Counted from the stretch's first letter, positions 40,570 to 51,109 are shown. The stretch is DNA of 64,000 nt from Microbacteriaceae bacterium (GCA_947453465.1 CANGGL010000001.1:16337-80336), one strand, 5' to 3'. Made by a program: numbers and translations. The notes: generated by a model not told the origin, from the letters alone.

Positions 40570-40694
40570 TTCTGTGAACAGTACTTCACGTTTGCCCAGT
40601 CGCGCTCCCACTTTTTACGCCACTCAAACGGCAAGCCGCAGCGTTCGCAAATCTTCGGCGGGTGGCCGTTCTTAGTCTGGGCTGTGCGTGGCAT
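40554..40694 (-). CDS. DUF2256 small Cys-rich protein (46 aa, not in the ORF track)
   Basis: Manual translation [46 protein letters not shown]; coupled to the photolyase gene. Confidence 0.88.
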   Translation of the reverse strand: MPRTAQTKNGHPPKICERCGLPFEWRKKWERDWANVKYCSQKCKGA

Positions 40695-40767
40695 GTTTCA
40701 AGACTAAGCGTCTTGAGCAAGTCGTTCGAGACGCAAGGCGCGCACTCTTCGATGGTAGGTTTTCAGC

Positions 40768-41751
40768 ATGACGAACTTGAAATGGGCCATGGTTGGCACC
40801 GGCTTTATGTCCACCCTGATCTTGAAGGACTTTGCCCTCGCAGCCGGCACCGAACTTGTTGCCCTGGTTTCGCGCGATGTTGCCAAGGCCGATGCTCGCC
40901 TCGCTGCCGAAGGCATCGCAGCCAAGGCGCTCACTTTTGAACAAGCCATCGCCGACCCAGAAATCGACGTCATCTACATTGGCACCCCGCACGCCAGCCA
41001 CTTTGGTTTGGCCAAACAGGCCCTAGAAGCCGGCAAAAACGTCTTAGTTGAAAAGGCATTCACCATGGATGCGGCCGAAGCGCGCGAACTTGCCGCGATT
41101 GCAAAACAGCACAACCGCTTCTTGATGGAGGCAATGTGGACCAAGTTTCAACCAATGCTCATTGAAGTTAAACGCCTTGTCGAGTCGGGGCGCATTGGCA
41201 AACTCAAGCTGGTTGAATCAAGCTTCGGCATGAACCTGCCGTTTGACGACTCACAGCGCCTGTTTAACTTTGAACAGGGTGGCGGCTCGGCTCTCGACCA
41301 GGGTGTCTACACCGCAACCTGGGCGCACTGGTTTGCTGACTCAAAAATCACCAAGCAAATCACTCACGGTGAGCTGTTCACCAATGGCTCCGACGCCTCG
41401 GTGCACACCACCTTCGAGTATGAAAACGGCACCTTCGGCATCGCCCTTACCTCGTTGGTTGCCACCCTCGGTTTCGGTGGCCGCCTGGTTGGTGATACCG
41501 GCTCGATCGAGATCGTCGGCCAGTTCTGGAACACCGAAGAGATCAACATAAACGGCCCATTCGATGGCCAGGACCACCCGGTTGAGAACATCAAGATGCC
41601 GCACAAGGGCGCGGGTTATGTGCACATGATTGAGGCTGTGAACGAGGCCATCTTGGCTGGCAATTTAGAGAGCGAGCAACACCCACTGAGCTTCACCATC
41701 GAGATCATGGAGATCTTGGATGAGGCCCGCCGCCAGATTAACGAGCCCTAG
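40768..41751 (+). CDS. Gfo/Idh/MocA oxidoreductase
   Basis: GTGFM, YIGTPH, VLVEKAF, MEAMW, GGGSALDQGVY. Confidence 0.92.
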   Translation: MTNLKWAMVGTGFMSTLILKDFALAAGTELVALVSRDVAKADARLAAEGIAAKALTFEQAIADPEIDVIYIGTPHASHFGLAKQALEAGKNVLVEKAFTMDAAEARELAAIAKQHNRFLMEAMWTKFQPMLIEVKRLVESGRIGKLKLVESSFGMNLPFDDSQRLFNFEQGGGSALDQGVYTATWAHWFADSKITKQITHGELFTNGSDASVHTTFEYENGTFGIALTSLVATLGFGGRLVGDTGSIEIVGQFWNTEEININGPFDGQDHPVENIKMPHKGAGYVHMIEAVNEAILAGNLESEQHPLSFTIEIMEILDEARRQINEP

Positions 41752-42401
41752 GGCTGAAGGCGCTGGATCTGCCACTCGCTGGTGATTCCGTAGCCGCCGA
41801 TGGTGCGCACAAACTCAATGCGATCATGCATTCGGTTTGAGCGGCCCTTCCAGAATTCAATGCGGGTCGGAATGATGCGATAGCCGCCCCAGTAATTGGG
41901 ACGAGGGACATCTGCGCCCTTGAACTTAGCGAGGGCTTGATCAAACTGGTCGTCGAGCGCGGCCCGATTTTCTATCGGATGAGACTGGTGGCTAGACCAA
42001 GCGGCAACCTGAGAGTCATGTGGGCGAGAGCCAAAGTAGGCGTCTGACTCGGCAGGGTCAACCTTTTCGGCTACACCTTGGATAAGCACCTGGCGATACA
42101 TCGAATACCAGCCGAAGACCGCGCTTACGTTTGGGTTAGCAGCAACGGCCTCGCCCTTGCGAGACAGGTAGTTGGTTGCGAAGAAGAAACCGCGATCGTC
42201 CACTCCTTTCAGCAATACGGTGCGTGAACGAGACCGGTGCTCTTCGTCGACTGTTCCAAGAACAAAAGCGTTTGGCTCATAAATCTGCGCCGCCTCTGCC
42301 TCACGGAGCCAATCCTTGAACTGCTCTAGCGGGTCGGCGAGCAGATGAGTTTCATCGAGCAGTTCCTGCCCATAATCTTCGTGCCGGTTCAGCGAATCCA
42401 T
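41748..42401 (-). CDS. pdxH: Pyridoxamine 5'-phosphate oxidase
   Basis: RTVLLK, TNYLSRKG, WGGYR, EFWKGR.NRMHDR, RLQP. Confidence 0.95.
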   Translation of the reverse strand: MDSLNRHEDYGQELLDETHLLADPLEQFKDWLREAEAAQIYEPNAFVLGTVDEEHRSRSRTVLLKGVDDRGFFFATNYLSRKGEAVAANPNVSAVFGWYSMYRQVLIQGVAEKVDPAESDAYFGSRPHDSQVAAWSSHQSHPIENRAALDDQFDQALAKFKGADVPRPNYWGGYRIIPTRIEFWKGRSNRMHDRIEFVRTIGGYGITSEWQIQRLQP

Positions 42402-42419
42402 GTTCTAAGACTAAGAGTT

Positions 42420-43163
42420 TTACGGCGAGTTCAGGTCTTCGAGTTGCCCGGTTGGCAGGGCCACCCAGCCTTCAACCTGGGCCTGTTTCAACTGCGATTC
42501 ATTTGGTTTCTCATACTGGCCAAGTTGAGCCGAGCGGGTTGCCAGCGCCGCCATGACCGAATCGAAGGCATCACAGGACTCAATCATCAGGTCACTGTGG
42601 TTTCTGAGGTTGAGCCACGGGGCACGGGCCTGAAGCTCACCAAGCAGGTCGGACCGTCTGTCTGCCGATGCCCGGTAACCGGAGGTGTCGAAGCCCCAAA
42701 GCCTAAGAGTGGCACCCGGGTAAATTTCCACAACCTTGCCCGCACCCGAGCGGTCAATGGTCTCACCCGAGGACTGCAATTTGGAGAGCAGCCCAGCGCA
42801 ACGCATCGCTGTCATGCCGAGGCGGTCGGTTGAGACGCTCAGAGGCCATCGCCCGGTGACTTCTCTAACGTGACGGTCAGTCTCGCGATAGGCCATTCGT
42901 CTGCGCCACTCTATGCCGCCATCGAATTCCGGCGCCTGACCATCGATGCTTGCATGCTGAGTCAAAAACACAACAAACTGAACCGGCCAACCCAGAGCGC
43001 AGTCAATGCCAAACTTTTCGCAATCGGCAACCGAATCGATGATGGCTTCGTCGGCGATTCCGAGGGTCAAACTAACTAGCTCGGCCCCAGAACCAGACCA
43101 ATCGATGACCGCTAGGGCGGTGCCCTTCGGCTCTGCCGCCAGATCTAGGCCCGCTATCAACAT
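42420..43163 (-). CDS. DUF429 putative nuclease (RNase H-like)
   Basis: GLDLA, GIDCALGWP, RETD, EIYP, DAFDS, EGWV. Confidence 0.85.
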   Translation of the reverse strand: MLIAGLDLAAEPKGTALAVIDWSGSGAELVSLTLGIADEAIIDSVADCEKFGIDCALGWPVQFVVFLTQHASIDGQAPEFDGGIEWRRRMAYRETDRHVREVTGRWPLSVSTDRLGMTAMRCAGLLSKLQSSGETIDRSGAGKVVEIYPGATLRLWGFDTSGYRASADRRSDLLGELQARAPWLNLRNHSDLMIESCDAFDSVMAALATRSAQLGQYEKPNESQLKQAQVEGWVALPTGQLEDLNSP

Positions 43164-43223
43164 GTGTAAACCCTAACCTTTTTGATTTCACCTATGAGCA
43201 GGCACAGAGCCCGAAGATAAAAG

Positions 43224-43256
43224 TAAACCCGGCACTCGCGATGAGTGCCGGGTTTA
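43224..43256 (-). terminator. Intrinsic terminator of the sugar ABC operon
   Basis: TAAACCCGGCACTC-GCGAT-GAGTGCCGGGTTTA. Confidence 0.85.
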
Positions 43257-43271
43257 TTGACGTTGCTATTC

Positions 43272-44117
43272 CTACTTGACCGCTCCAGAAGAGATGCCTG
43301 AGATGAACTGGCGCTGGAGTGCTAGATAGAACACCACGATCGGAATAATGGCCAGAACTAGACCAGCCATTGCCTGACCATACTCGGTTGCGTAGGTGCC
43401 ATAGAACAGATAGGTCGATAGCGGAAGCGTCTGAGTTTCTGGGGTAAGAACAAGCACCGGAAGAAGGTAGTCGTTCCAGATCCACAAAGCGTTGATGATG
43501 GCCACGGTTGCGGTCACCGGCTTTAGCATCGGGAAGATGATTTTCCAGAAGATGGTGAAGTCGCTTGCGCCATCCAGAGCAGCTGCCTCGTCCAACTCAG
43601 TAGGGATGTTCGAAATGAAGCCGTGGTAAAGGAAGGTCGAAAGTGCGACACCGAAACCCATGTAGAAGAAGATGAGCGCGGCCTGGTTGTTCAACGAAAC
43701 AAACGGGGCGAAAATCGACATGAATGGAATCATCAGCGCCTGGAAAGGCACGATCATTGATGAAACGAGAATCAGGAAGGTCACCTTGGTGAACTTGTTC
43801 TTGGTGCGCGACAGATAGAACGCAAGCATTGATGAGATCAAGATCAAAGAGCCAACACTTAGTGTGGTGATCAGAATCGAGTTGGTCAGCGAGCGGAAAA
43901 ATTCCATCTTCTGCAAGGCCTGGTTGAAGTTATCCCAGGTGAACTCGACTGGCAAAGCCAGCGGGTTGTCTAGAATCTCCATCTTTGGCTTGAATGAGTT
44001 GATCAACACCAAAACGAACGGCATGACGTAGGCGATTGAGACGATTAGACCTACGACCCAAACGATTGAACGTACGGCGCTTGTTCTAGCTTTCGCTTTG
44101 AAAGTCATCTTTGCCAT
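43272..44117 (-). CDS. Carbohydrate ABC permease
   Basis: EAAALDGA, WNDY, PIVVFY. Confidence 0.93.
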   Translation of the reverse strand: MAKMTFKAKARTSAVRSIVWVVGLIVSIAYVMPFVLVLINSFKPKMEILDNPLALPVEFTWDNFNQALQKMEFFRSLTNSILITTLSVGSLILISSMLAFYLSRTKNKFTKVTFLILVSSMIVPFQALMIPFMSIFAPFVSLNNQAALIFFYMGFGVALSTFLYHGFISNIPTELDEAAALDGASDFTIFWKIIFPMLKPVTATVAIINALWIWNDYLLPVLVLTPETQTLPLSTYLFYGTYATEYGQAMAGLVLAIIPIVVFYLALQRQFISGISSGAVK

Positions 44118-44986
44118 TATCGCTGCACCTCCATGCGCTTGCTGACTGAAACTTGAACCATTGCGGCCACTGCAACCAGGATGAACATGATTACGGCCTT
44201 AGATTGACCAGTGTCAAAATTTCCGAGACGGAATGCATCCTGGAAGATGTGCATCGAGATCAGCTCGGTGGAGCGGTATGGACCACCGCCGGTTAGAGCG
44301 AGGTTCACGTCGTAGGCCATGAATCCGCCGCGGAGGGTCAAGAAGAGCGAGATTGTGAAGGCCTGGGCCATCAAAGGGATCTTGACAGAGAACATGGTGC
44401 GCAATGCGGATGCGCCATCAATGCGAGCGGCCTCGAGCACGTCAGGTTCGATGCTGATAAGGCCAGTGATGTAAATGATCATCATGTAACCCGACTGTTG
44501 CCAAACAGTAACGATGATCAGCGCCCAGAAAGCGGTGTCGGTCTCGTTTAGCCAAGAATCCTGGAAAATTGGCCATTCGTACATGTATGAAATCGAAGGC
44601 AGAGCGCTGTTAAAAATGAACTGCCAGATGACACCCAGAACCACACCACCGATGAGGTTCGGGATGAAGAAGAAAGTTCTGAAAATGTTTGCGCTGCGCA
44701 ACTTCGTTGTCACGATGAGCGCTAAAGCGAAGGCTACAACGTTGATAAGAACCAACGAGACGACAACGAATGTGCCGGTGAATGCGAGCGTGGACCAGAA
44801 AGTGTCATCCTGGAAAGACTTGACGTAGTTGTCAAAACCGACGAACTTGCCGTAGTCGAAGCCGTTCCAGTCGGTGAAGGTGAGGAAGATGCCCTGGCTG
44901 AATGGAACAACCAGAACAACGAAGAATATGGCCAAGGGTAATGCGCCGAACCACACAAACTTTTTGAGGTTTTTTGTAAATCGCAT
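44117..44986 (-). CDS. Carbohydrate ABC permease
   Basis: FTDWNG, EAARIDGA, LTGGGP. Confidence 0.93.
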   Translation of the reverse strand: MRFTKNLKKFVWFGALPLAIFFVVLVVPFSQGIFLTFTDWNGFDYGKFVGFDNYVKSFQDDTFWSTLAFTGTFVVVSLVLINVVAFALALIVTTKLRSANIFRTFFFIPNLIGGVVLGVIWQFIFNSALPSISYMYEWPIFQDSWLNETDTAFWALIIVTVWQQSGYMMIIYITGLISIEPDVLEAARIDGASALRTMFSVKIPLMAQAFTISLFLTLRGGFMAYDVNLALTGGGPYRSTELISMHIFQDAFRLGNFDTGQSKAVIMFILVAVAAMVQVSVSKRMEVQR

Positions 44987-45037
44987 TTTGCGCTCCCTTG
45001 GTTAGTGCTGATGAAAATTTTGATGCTCAAAGTGAGA

Positions 45038-45071
45038 AGTTCCTGGGGTGGGTTACCCCACCCCAGGAACT
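45038..45071. other. Intercistronic hairpin after the binding-protein gene
   Basis: AGTTCCTGGGGTGGG-TTAC-CCCACCCCAGGAACT, perfect 15-bp stem. Confidence 0.75.
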
Positions 45072-45092
45072 CGATTCTAGCTAGTTTCTAAA

Positions 45093-46421
45093 TTACTTAG
45101 AAACTCCGCGCCAGGTCTTGGTCTTGCCCTTCCAGGCCTTCTGAAGCTCTGCTGCGTACTGTGCTGCGTTGATCTTGCCAGTCATGTACTTCTGGCTTGA
45201 TGCACCGTATAGCTCCTGGCCACCGGCTGGGTAGTAGCTGTTGATCCACTCAAGGGTCTTGCCAGCGTCTACGTAAGCTGCGATTTCCTTAGCCATGTAG
45301 GTGGTTGGCTTGACGGTGAAGCCCTTGTAAGCCGGGATGAAGTTCATGCCCTGCTTCTCGATTGGACCTGCAACGTGCTGCTGACCTGCTGGGGTGGTGT
45401 ACAACCAGGTTAGGAAGTCCACTGCACCGGCACGCTCTTCAGCGGTTGACTGCTGGTTGTCGACCATGAAGTATCCAGGAACGCCGACTGAGATTGAGTC
45501 GTTGCCGTATGCCTTAGCGTCGTTGCTGATTGGTAGAGGGATGATGCCGTACTTGGTTCCGTAACCTGAGGTGATCAGGTTTGGCTCTGCCCAGTTACCC
45601 ATGAACCAGAAACCAACCTTGCCAGTAGCCAAGTCAGCTAGACCGCGGTCGTACTCGGTGTCGGTAAGGTTTGGCTTGCGGTTGTTGTACTTCTTCATTA
45701 GGTCGTAGGTAGCAATGTAGTTCTTCCAAACTGGGTCCTTAGAAAGGTCCTTCTTGCCATCTGCCATCTGGTCTAGAACTGATAGACGAGCCTCGTGGGT
45801 CTTGCCAGCGTTGGTGAAGTATAGGTTGTGCAAGTGCGCACCTAGTGACCACCAAAGAGCTGAGAAGTGGATCGCGCCTGAGCCCGAAGCCTTAATCTTC
45901 TTGAAAGCTGCCTCTAGCTGTGCGCGGGTAGCAATCTTCTTAGGGTCAACGCCAGCCTTGTCTAGGACAACGCGGTTGTAGAGAAGACCGTAAGCCTCAA
46001 CGGTTGATGGAACACCAACCTGCTTGCCAGCGATCTTTGCACCTTCAAGTAGTGAAGCTGGAACTAGACCAGCAAGCTTGGTGCCCTTCCAGTCCATAAC
46101 CTTGTCAGCCATGTCTGGGATTTCCTGAAGGGTGTACATGATGTTTGGAGCCTTCTTGGCTGCATACATCGGGGTCACGTTCTGAAGGAAGGTTAGCTTG
46201 CTGTCGGCAGCGATTGACTCGACGGTGTAGCAAGACTGTGATGAGTTGTAGTCCTTGACTGCAAGTAGGAACTGATCCTTGATCTCAGTCTTGATGGTTC
46301 CAAGCATGGTGACCTTGGTCTTTGATGCACAGCTGGCAGCGTTAGCTGCTGGTGCGTTGATTGCAGATATTGCGAGCAGTGATGCCAGCGCTACAGCTGC
46401 AAACTTTGTAGCTTTGTTCAT
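45093..46421 (-). CDS. Carbohydrate ABC substrate-binding protein
   Basis: Signal peptide; EAYGLLYN, FMGNW, DFLTWL. Confidence 0.9.
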   Translation of the reverse strand: MNKATKFAAVALASLLAISAINAPAANAASCASKTKVTMLGTIKTEIKDQFLLAVKDYNSSQSCYTVESIAADSKLTFLQNVTPMYAAKKAPNIMYTLQEIPDMADKVMDWKGTKLAGLVPASLLEGAKIAGKQVGVPSTVEAYGLLYNRVVLDKAGVDPKKIATRAQLEAAFKKIKASGSGAIHFSALWWSLGAHLHNLYFTNAGKTHEARLSVLDQMADGKKDLSKDPVWKNYIATYDLMKKYNNRKPNLTDTEYDRGLADLATGKVGFWFMGNWAEPNLITSGYGTKYGIIPLPISNDAKAYGNDSISVGVPGYFMVDNQQSTAEERAGAVDFLTWLYTTPAGQQHVAGPIEKQGMNFIPAYKGFTVKPTTYMAKEIAAYVDAGKTLEWINSYYPAGGQELYGASSQKYMTGKINAAQYAAELQKAWKGKTKTWRGVSK

Positions 46422-46525
46422 GCGGATGTTTTCCTTTCCAGAAACCACGAACTCCCAATTGAGTTCAGGTTTGTTTCAAAACTACAACGTGTTTTACGTC
46501 AAAAACAGTGAGTTTGATAACGATT

Positions 46526-46539
46526 TGTAAACGCTTACA
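46526..46539. promoter_or_regulatory. LacI-family operator
   Basis: TGTAAACGCTTACA, 13/14 identical to the site at 33208. Confidence 0.7.
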
Positions 46540-46628
46540 GAAATCCTAGATCACAAATACGACTTTCATCACATCGAACGCTTGGCTGGTCGAACTGCAG
46601 GTTCAGCACGAAAGCTCGCAAACTAGGT

Positions 46629-48653
46629 TTAAGCGTCGCTCGATTCGAACTGTGACCTGTATAAAGCCGCGTAAGGGCCTGCAAGTTTGATCAGTTCTTC
46701 GTGAGTTCCCTGTTCAACGATGTCTCCGTGCTCCATCACCAGGATGAGGTCGGCGTCACGAATCGTTGATAGGCGATGGGCAATCACAAAACTTGTGCGG
46801 TCTTTGCGAAGTGCTGCCATCGCGCGCTGCACCAAAACCTCGGTGCGCGTGTCAACCGAGGAGGTCGCTTCATCGAGAATCAAGACAGTCGGGCGCGACA
46901 AGAACGCGCGGGCAATCGTCAGCAGCTGCTTCTCGCCAGCACTGACATTAGAGGCTTCATCATCAAGGATGGTGTCGTAACCCAGAGGCAGGGTGCGCAC
47001 AAAGCGGTCGACATAGGTGGCCTTAGCCGCTTCGACGATTTGCGCTTCAGTGGCCGTCGGGTTGCCATAAGCGATGTTGTCGCGGATGGTTCCCTTGAAC
47101 AACCAAGTGTCTTGAAGAACCATGCCGATGCGGCCACGCAGATCGTTTCGAGTCATCTTGGCGATGTCTATTCCATCGAGGGTTATTCGACCCGCGTTTA
47201 GTTCATAGAAGCGCAAAATCAAGTTGACCAGCGTGGTCTTGCCCGCACCGGTTGGGCCCACGATTGCAATGGTTTGACCCGGTTTGACGGCGAGGTTCAG
47301 GTTCGAAATCAGCTTCGACTCTGGCGTGTAACCAAACGCGACCTTCTCGAAGGTCAAGGTTCCCGTTCGATCGGTTGAGGTTTCGGAGGCAGCAGGGTCA
47401 GGCGACTGCTCTTCGGCATCGAGCAGTTCGAATACGCGCTCTGCCGAGGCCACACCCGACTGCATCAGGTTTGCCATTGAGCCGAGCTGCGCAAGCGGCT
47501 GGTTGAACTGCCGAGAATATTGAATGAACGACTGGATGGCACCGAGAGTCAAGGCGCCGCTGGCAACGAAGAGCCCACCGATGACAGCGATGCCCACATA
47601 AACCAGGTTGCCGATGAACATCATGCTCGGCATGATGATGCCCGAAACAAACTGGGCACCAAAGCTTGATTGGTAAAGCTCTTGATTCAGCTCGCCGAAA
47701 CGCTTCTCGACTGACTTTGAGCGGCCAAATACCTTAACCAGGCCGTGGCCGGTGAAACTTTCTTCGATGTGAGCATTGAGCTGACCAGTTTTGGCCCACT
47801 GGGTGACAAAAAGCTTTTGGCTGCGCTTGGCAATCAACGAGGTCAGCACCAAGCTGGCCGGAATGCTTATCAGGGCGATCAAAGCCAAGACCGGCGAAAT
47901 TGTGAACATCATGACGAGCACACCGATGACGGTTAACAGGCTGACCAGCACTTGGCTGAGGGTCTGCTGCAGAGACTGCGAGACGTTGTCGATGTCGTTG
48001 GTTACGCGGCTCAGGAGCTCACCGCGTTGGATGGTGTCAAAGTATGACAACGGCAGGCGGTGAAGCTTGGCCTCCGTCTCGCGGCGAAGTTTGAAGATGG
48101 TGTTCTGCACGCTGACGTTCAGAATGCGTGCCTGAAGAATTCCGAAGATGAATGCGCCAACATATATGGCAACCACGGCCAGCAGAACCTGCTGAAGCGC
48201 GGTGAAGTCGATGCCTTGGCCCGGGTGCAAATCCATGCCTTCGAGCAGCCCGGCAAGTTGGTTTTTACCCTGTGCCTTGAGCCCGGCAATCACCTGCGCT
48301 TTGCTGACACCAGCCGGCAACTTGGCCGAGATGGCTCCGTTGAAAATGACGTTGGTTGCCTTACCCATCATCCATGGGCCAAGCACGCTCAGGGTCACCG
48401 AGGCAATAGCAAGAAGAATCACAACGATGAGGCGGCCGCGCTCTGGGCGCAAACGACCCATCAACCGCTTGGCACTTGGGCCGAAATTCAAAGACTTCTC
48501 GGTTGGCAAACCGATGCCTGCACCTGGGCGGCCTCCGCCCATACCACCCTGACGGCCACCCATGGCGCCTGCGGGCGCGGTCATTCTGGCGGCTGACTTT
48601 GGTTCAGGTTTTGAAGATTTAGATGGCCGCGTTGAAGGGGTCAAGTTAGTCAT
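46629..48653 (-). CDS. Heterodimeric ABC exporter, subunit B
   Basis: Fused TMD and NBD; GPTGAGKT, SAGEKQ, DEATSSVD, AHRL. Confidence 0.93.
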   Translation of the reverse strand: MTNLTPSTRPSKSSKPEPKSAARMTAPAGAMGGRQGGMGGGRPGAGIGLPTEKSLNFGPSAKRLMGRLRPERGRLIVVILLAIASVTLSVLGPWMMGKATNVIFNGAISAKLPAGVSKAQVIAGLKAQGKNQLAGLLEGMDLHPGQGIDFTALQQVLLAVVAIYVGAFIFGILQARILNVSVQNTIFKLRRETEAKLHRLPLSYFDTIQRGELLSRVTNDIDNVSQSLQQTLSQVLVSLLTVIGVLVMMFTISPVLALIALISIPASLVLTSLIAKRSQKLFVTQWAKTGQLNAHIEESFTGHGLVKVFGRSKSVEKRFGELNQELYQSSFGAQFVSGIIMPSMMFIGNLVYVGIAVIGGLFVASGALTLGAIQSFIQYSRQFNQPLAQLGSMANLMQSGVASAERVFELLDAEEQSPDPAASETSTDRTGTLTFEKVAFGYTPESKLISNLNLAVKPGQTIAIVGPTGAGKTTLVNLILRFYELNAGRITLDGIDIAKMTRNDLRGRIGMVLQDTWLFKGTIRDNIAYGNPTATEAQIVEAAKATYVDRFVRTLPLGYDTILDDEASNVSAGEKQLLTIARAFLSRPTVLILDEATSSVDTRTEVLVQRAMAALRKDRTSFVIAHRLSTIRDADLILVMEHGDIVEQGTHEELIKLAGPYAALYRSQFESSDA

Positions 48654-50389
48654 TACGCTGCCTCCTCTGCCGTTAGCTGAGAAGACACAATCTCCTGATA
48701 GTTGAGGTTGGTTTTCAATAGTTCTTCGTGAGTGCCGAGGCCAGAAACCTTGCCATCCTGGCAGACCACAATTTGGTCGGCATGCCTGATGCTGGCAACG
48801 CGCTGGCCAACGATGATTTTGGTGACGGTTGGCAACTCTTTGGTCAACGCCTGACGCAATTTCGCGTCGGTGGTGAGGTCAAGCGCCGAGAACGAGTCAT
48901 CGAAGATCAATACCTCGGGTTGCTTGACGATCGCGCGGGCAATCGCCAAGCGCTGACGCTGGCCACCCGAGAAATTGGTGCCACCCTGAACCACGGGAGC
49001 GTTCAAACCCTCTGGCAACTTTTCGACGAAGTCTCTGGCCTGGGCAATCTCCAACGCTTTCCAGAGCTCTTCATCGGTGGCGCTTTCGCGACCGTAACGC
49101 AGGGTGTCTGCAACTGTGCCGCTGAATAAAAAGGCCTTCTGCGGAATCAACCCAATCTTGGACCAAAGTTCATCCATGTCAAGGTCACGCAGTGCCACAC
49201 CATCGATGGAGATCTTGCCTTCGGTTGGGTCGACCAGGCGGGCCATCAGGTTGATCATGGTGGTTTTGCCCGAGCCGGTTGGGCCGATGATTGCGGTTGT
49301 GGTACCCGGCTGGATGCTGAAGCTCATGCCTGCGAGAACCGGCTTTTCGGCGCCTGGGTAGGCAAAGCTGACATCATCGAGTTCAATCTGCCCGGTGCTC
49401 AATGAAGTCGTTGCGGGGTTGAGCGATGCAACCACACTTGGCTCGGTGTTGGCCACCTCAGCCACGCGATCGGCACAAACCGCCGCGCGAGGAATCATCA
49501 TGGCCATGAACATGCTCATCATCACGGCCATCAGAATCTGCATAAGGTATTGCAGGAAGGCCATCACGGTGCCAATTTCCATCTGACCGGAATCGACTCG
49601 GTAGGCGCCGAGCCAAAGCACGGCAATGCTCGAGATGTTCAGCACAATCAAAACGGTTGGGAACATGAAAGCCATCAGTCGGCCAGACCTCAGCGCGGTC
49701 TCGGTCACCTCTGCGTTGGCCTCATCGAAACGAGCGGTTTCGGTCTTTTCACGCACGAAGGCACGAACCACGCGTACACCGGTCAACTGCTCACGCAACA
49801 CCTGGTTGATGCGGTCGATTCTCACCTGCATTAGGCGGAAAAGCGGGATCATCCGTGACAACAAGAAGCCGATGACCACGAGCACTACCGGCACACTGAC
49901 GGCCATGATGATCGAAAGATTAAAGTCGAGCCCAAGAGCGGTGATCACGCCACCGACGGCAAGAATTGGTGCCGACAGCAACATCGTGCTGCCCATCAAA
50001 ACCAACATCTGAATCTGCAGCACATCGTTGGTTGAACGGGTGATCAGTGAAGGAGTGCCAAAGAGGGCAACGTCACGCTCGGAGAATTTGCCCACCTTGG
50101 CAAACACATCGCCGCGAATTTCGCGACCAACCTGCATGGCTAAGCGAGAGCCAAAATAGGTGGCGAGGATGCTGCCGGCAACCTGGCCGACCGCGATGAG
50201 GAGCATGAGCCCACCGGTAGAGAGGATGTAGCCGGTGTCGCCCGTGGCCACACCTTTATTGATGATGTCAGCGTTGAGAGTTGGCAGCGCCAAAGAAGCC
50301 ATCGACTGACCGAACTGAAAGACCATCACGGCCAGCAGCAGTACCCAGTGAGGTTTTAGATATTGAATCAAGATTCGCCAGAGGTTCAC
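48653..50389 (-). CDS. Heterodimeric ABC exporter, subunit A (degenerate site)
   Basis: GPTGSGKT, FSGGQRQR, DDSFSALD, GQR. Confidence 0.93.
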   Translation of the reverse strand: MNLWRILIQYLKPHWVLLLAVMVFQFGQSMASLALPTLNADIINKGVATGDTGYILSTGGLMLLIAVGQVAGSILATYFGSRLAMQVGREIRGDVFAKVGKFSERDVALFGTPSLITRSTNDVLQIQMLVLMGSTMLLSAPILAVGGVITALGLDFNLSIIMAVSVPVVLVVIGFLLSRMIPLFRLMQVRIDRINQVLREQLTGVRVVRAFVREKTETARFDEANAEVTETALRSGRLMAFMFPTVLIVLNISSIAVLWLGAYRVDSGQMEIGTVMAFLQYLMQILMAVMMSMFMAMMIPRAAVCADRVAEVANTEPSVVASLNPATTSLSTGQIELDDVSFAYPGAEKPVLAGMSFSIQPGTTTAIIGPTGSGKTTMINLMARLVDPTEGKISIDGVALRDLDMDELWSKIGLIPQKAFLFSGTVADTLRYGRESATDEELWKALEIAQARDFVEKLPEGLNAPVVQGGTNFSGGQRQRLAIARAIVKQPEVLIFDDSFSALDLTTDAKLRQALTKELPTVTKIIVGQRVASIRHADQIVVCQDGKVSGLGTHEELLKTNLNYQEIVSSQLTAEEAA

Positions 50390-50488
50390 TGTTCAAGTAT
50401 GCGACTCGTGCAGACAAATGGATGAGTATTTCGAAGAGCGTTGCAACAGCCTCGAGCGGTATTCTGAATCCAAGATTGGACAGGACCC

Positions 50489-50815
50489 ATGAGATTTATC
50501 ATTTTCGTCATCGATGACCAAACCGAGAAAGCCGGCGCGGATGAGATGGCCGCCATCGACGAATTCAACGATATGTTGCAGACCAAAAACCACTGGATCA
50601 CCGCCGCCGGAATCAACCACGGCGCAGCGGCAACCGTGCTCGACAATCGAGGTGGCGCTGGCATCATCCAAGTTGGTTCGCTATATGACGCCGCCGAACA
50701 CTATTCGGGCTTCTGGCTCATCGAGGCCGCCGAACGCGACGAAGCTCTAGAGTTGGCCGCCTCAGGTTCAAAGGCCTGCAACCGAAAGGTAGAGTTGCGG
50801 CCATACCTGGGCTGA
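50489..50815 (+). CDS. YciI-family protein
   Basis: EHYSGFWLIEA...EALELA...VELRP. Confidence 0.85.
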   Translation: MRFIIFVIDDQTEKAGADEMAAIDEFNDMLQTKNHWITAAGINHGAAATVLDNRGGAGIIQVGSLYDAAEHYSGFWLIEAAERDEALELAASGSKACNRKVELRPYLG

Positions 50816-50924
50816 CAAGTAGAGACTGCAGGCTTGGCGCACACGCGCACTTGTGCGGACTGGAGTTGATAGTCCTGGAACGGGTATGAAACAACCCGGC
50901 TCTCGTGAGAAGAAACCGGGTTTT

Positions 50925-50969
50925 AGTGCGCTTGGAGGGACTCGAACCCCCAACCTTCTGATCCGTAGT
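50925..50969 (-). repeat. Distal att site: displaced 3' half of tRNA-Arg
   Basis: 45-bp exact direct repeat of 63925-63969. Confidence 0.95.
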
Positions 50970-51109
50970 TATGTTGCACTACCTTTATATGTAGCCTGAG
51001 TGGCAATGTACCCCAGTATTTTATTGGTCAAGCCGCCCTCAGCAGATATGCCCGTTTTCGTCCGTTTCCGTCCGTTGAACGGAATCTAGCCGGAATAAAA
51101 AGAGCCGAA

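Noticed and set aside
9005-50389. Apparent over-representation of GGTT/AACC
   Set aside because: Could be codon-pair bias (GTT Val, ACC Thr); it cannot be judged without a k-mer calculation.
50925-50969. Second tRNA-Arg gene
   Set aside because: Only the 3' half is present, with no D-arm or 5' acceptor strand; it is an att duplication.
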